Below, piece by piece: positions 62,989-64,000 of a DNA stretch of 64,000 nucleotides. The notes below the pieces were generated by a model. It saw only the letters and a program-made list of their open reading frames with translations. It had not been told where the DNA came from and ran no database searches. Position 1 is the stretch's first letter, and each line of letters begins with the position of its first letter. The DNA comes from Candidatus Segetimicrobium genomatis (GTDB lineage Bacteria > Sysuimicrobiota > Sysuimicrobiia > Sysuimicrobiales > Kaftiobacteriaceae). The position numbers were made by a program, and so were the translations under genes. The stretch lies in assembly GCA_005882335.1 (NCBI GenBank), contig VBAP01000060.1, positions 850 through 64,849 of the forward strand. Reading direction: 5' to 3'.

Positions 62989-64000
62989 GTGGCCACGGTG
63001 CTCGTGGGGCTCGCCCTCATCACCCTGGGCATCTCTATTCAGGCCGGGGGGACAGAGCCGCCCATCCCCGAGCTGGCCCGCTGGGAATCCCAGATGCTGA
63101 GTTTCGGTCAGGTCCATTGTGCCTCCGTGACGCAGCTTCTCAGCCTCGAGCAACTGTTCTGGGCCATCGAGTACGATGCCGGGCGCGTCTACTACCAGAT
63201 CGCCGACTACACGGGCGACCCATTCTGGAGTACCTGTGGCCAACTGGCCGAGGCAGTCTACCGCGATCAGTATGTCCTGCCCATCAACGGTGGCGCCGCC
63301 GGCCATGTGAACTACACCACCGGCCTGCGGATGGATTACCGCCACACGGGCCAGGTGGCGTCCCAACAGGCTGCGGTCTTACTCTCTCAAAATGCGGCCT
63401 ACGCCAAAGACGGCACCCCGCTGGAGTGGACCCGCAGCGCGGACTTCAGCCGGGAGGTCGCCTTCGCGGTCCTCAGCTACATTAACGCTGAGGCCCTTGG
63501 CGAGCCTCCGCGCCAGCGGCGGGTCGACCTCGTCACGCAGGCCTACGACCACATGGACCAGTGGTTTGTACGGTTCGCCTGGCCGGGTCCCTGGGAGCAG
63601 AATCCTGTCGAAACCAATCGTCTGGCTCCCTTCATGGTCGGACTCACCGCCCACACGCTGATCCGGGACTGGGAGCAAACTGGGGACCCTCGTCTCATCC
63701 CGGCCCTGCGGCGCGCGGCCGACTGGCTCTGGAGCAACGCCTGGATCCCCTCGGCCGAGGCCATGTGGTACGAGTTCCCGGACCAGGAACAACTGTGCTG
63801 CCAGGCCAGCGGCGCGGCCCCGGACCTGAACCTGCTCATCGCGCCGATCTACGCGTTTCTCTATCGACAGACCGGTGAGATGCAATACCGTGATCGCGGC
63901 GATCAGATCTTCGCGGGGGGCGTCAGGAACGCGTGGCTCGGTGGCGCCAAGCAATTCGACCAGAACTACTGGTGGAGTTTCGACTACGTCAGGTGGCGGC
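62989..64000 (+). CDS. Secreted hypothetical protein (paralog 2, runs off window end)
   Basis: Hand-translated frame not in the ORF track. GTG start VATVLVGLALITLGISIQA. It has the same block order as paralog 1 (RVYYQIADYT...AEAVYRDQYVLP...DLNLLIAPIYAFLY) at about 45% identity. Confidence 0.55.
   Translation, partial: MATVLVGLALITLGISIQAGGTEPPIPELARWESQMLSFGQVHCASVTQLLSLEQLFWAIEYDAGRVYYQIADYTGDPFWSTCGQLAEAVYRDQYVLPINGGAAGHVNYTTGLRMDYRHTGQVASQQAAVLLSQNAAYAKDGTPLEWTRSADFSREVAFAVLSYINAEALGEPPRQRRVDLVTQAYDHMDQWFVRFAWPGPWEQNPVETNRLAPFMVGLTAHTLIRDWEQTGDPRLIPALRRAADWLWSNAWIPSAEAMWYEFPDQEQLCCQASGAAPDLNLLIAPIYAFLYRQTGEMQYRDRGDQIFAGGVRNAWLGGAKQFDQNYWWSFDYVRWR

Noticed and set aside
28016-64000. PEP-CTERM sorting tails on the secreted proteins (S8 protease, RCC1 protein, paralog pair, 29992-31256 proteins)
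   Set aside because: None ends with a PEP motif followed by a TM helix and an Arg-rich tail. No PEP-CTERM substrate is evident in this window.

Overview
This is a high-GC (about two thirds G+C) bacterial chromosomal segment dominated by glycan biosynthesis genes. I found no rRNA, tRNA, CRISPR array, IS element or integrase.

The window has three parts.

(A) 1428-15424, minus strand. A 10-gene operon with many 4-bp ATGA/GTGA start-stop overlaps. It encodes UDP-glucose 6-dehydrogenase, UDP-glucuronate decarboxylase (UDP-xylose synthase), a glycoside-hydrolase/GT2 fusion membrane protein, an ABC exporter carrying a C-terminal APH/CotS-like kinase domain, an ATP-grasp enzyme, a stand-alone APH-like kinase, three tandem CgeB-like (Glyco_trans_1_2) paralogs and a ChbG/YdjC-type deacetylase. 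This looks like an ABC-dependent pathway for a xylose/uronic-acid glycan or glycoconjugate, with an unusual kinase-exporter fusion.

(B) 15.5-31.3 kb. A regulatory and envelope island: a histidine kinase with an OmpR-type regulator, two LuxR-type response regulators, an ANTAR response regulator, an outer-membrane beta-barrel protein, Wza, an epimerase, an S8 subtilase and several secreted hypothetical proteins. It also holds two small duplicated gene fragments and a conserved dyad-symmetric intergenic motif present three times.

(C) 31780 to beyond 64000, plus strand. A large Wzx/Wzy-type exopolysaccharide locus led by a NusG-family antiterminator paralog. Its hallmarks match exosortase-A/PEP-CTERM-type EPS loci:
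- polysaccharide co-polymerase plus separate BY-kinase
- initiating sugar transferase
- WecB/WecC
- two AsnB-family amidotransferases
- a PEP-CTERM-subfamily deacetylase
- four or five glycosyltransferases
- an O-antigen-ligase-like polymerase

Embedded in it is an acyl-tailoring module: methyltransferase, luciferase-like monooxygenase, adenylating enzyme, GNAT, ACP and flavin reductase. It also contains a formyltransferase-deacetylase fusion. No exosortase and no PEP-CTERM substrate protein lies inside the window.

The ORF track treats GTG/TTG as M, and several starts were re-placed by hand.
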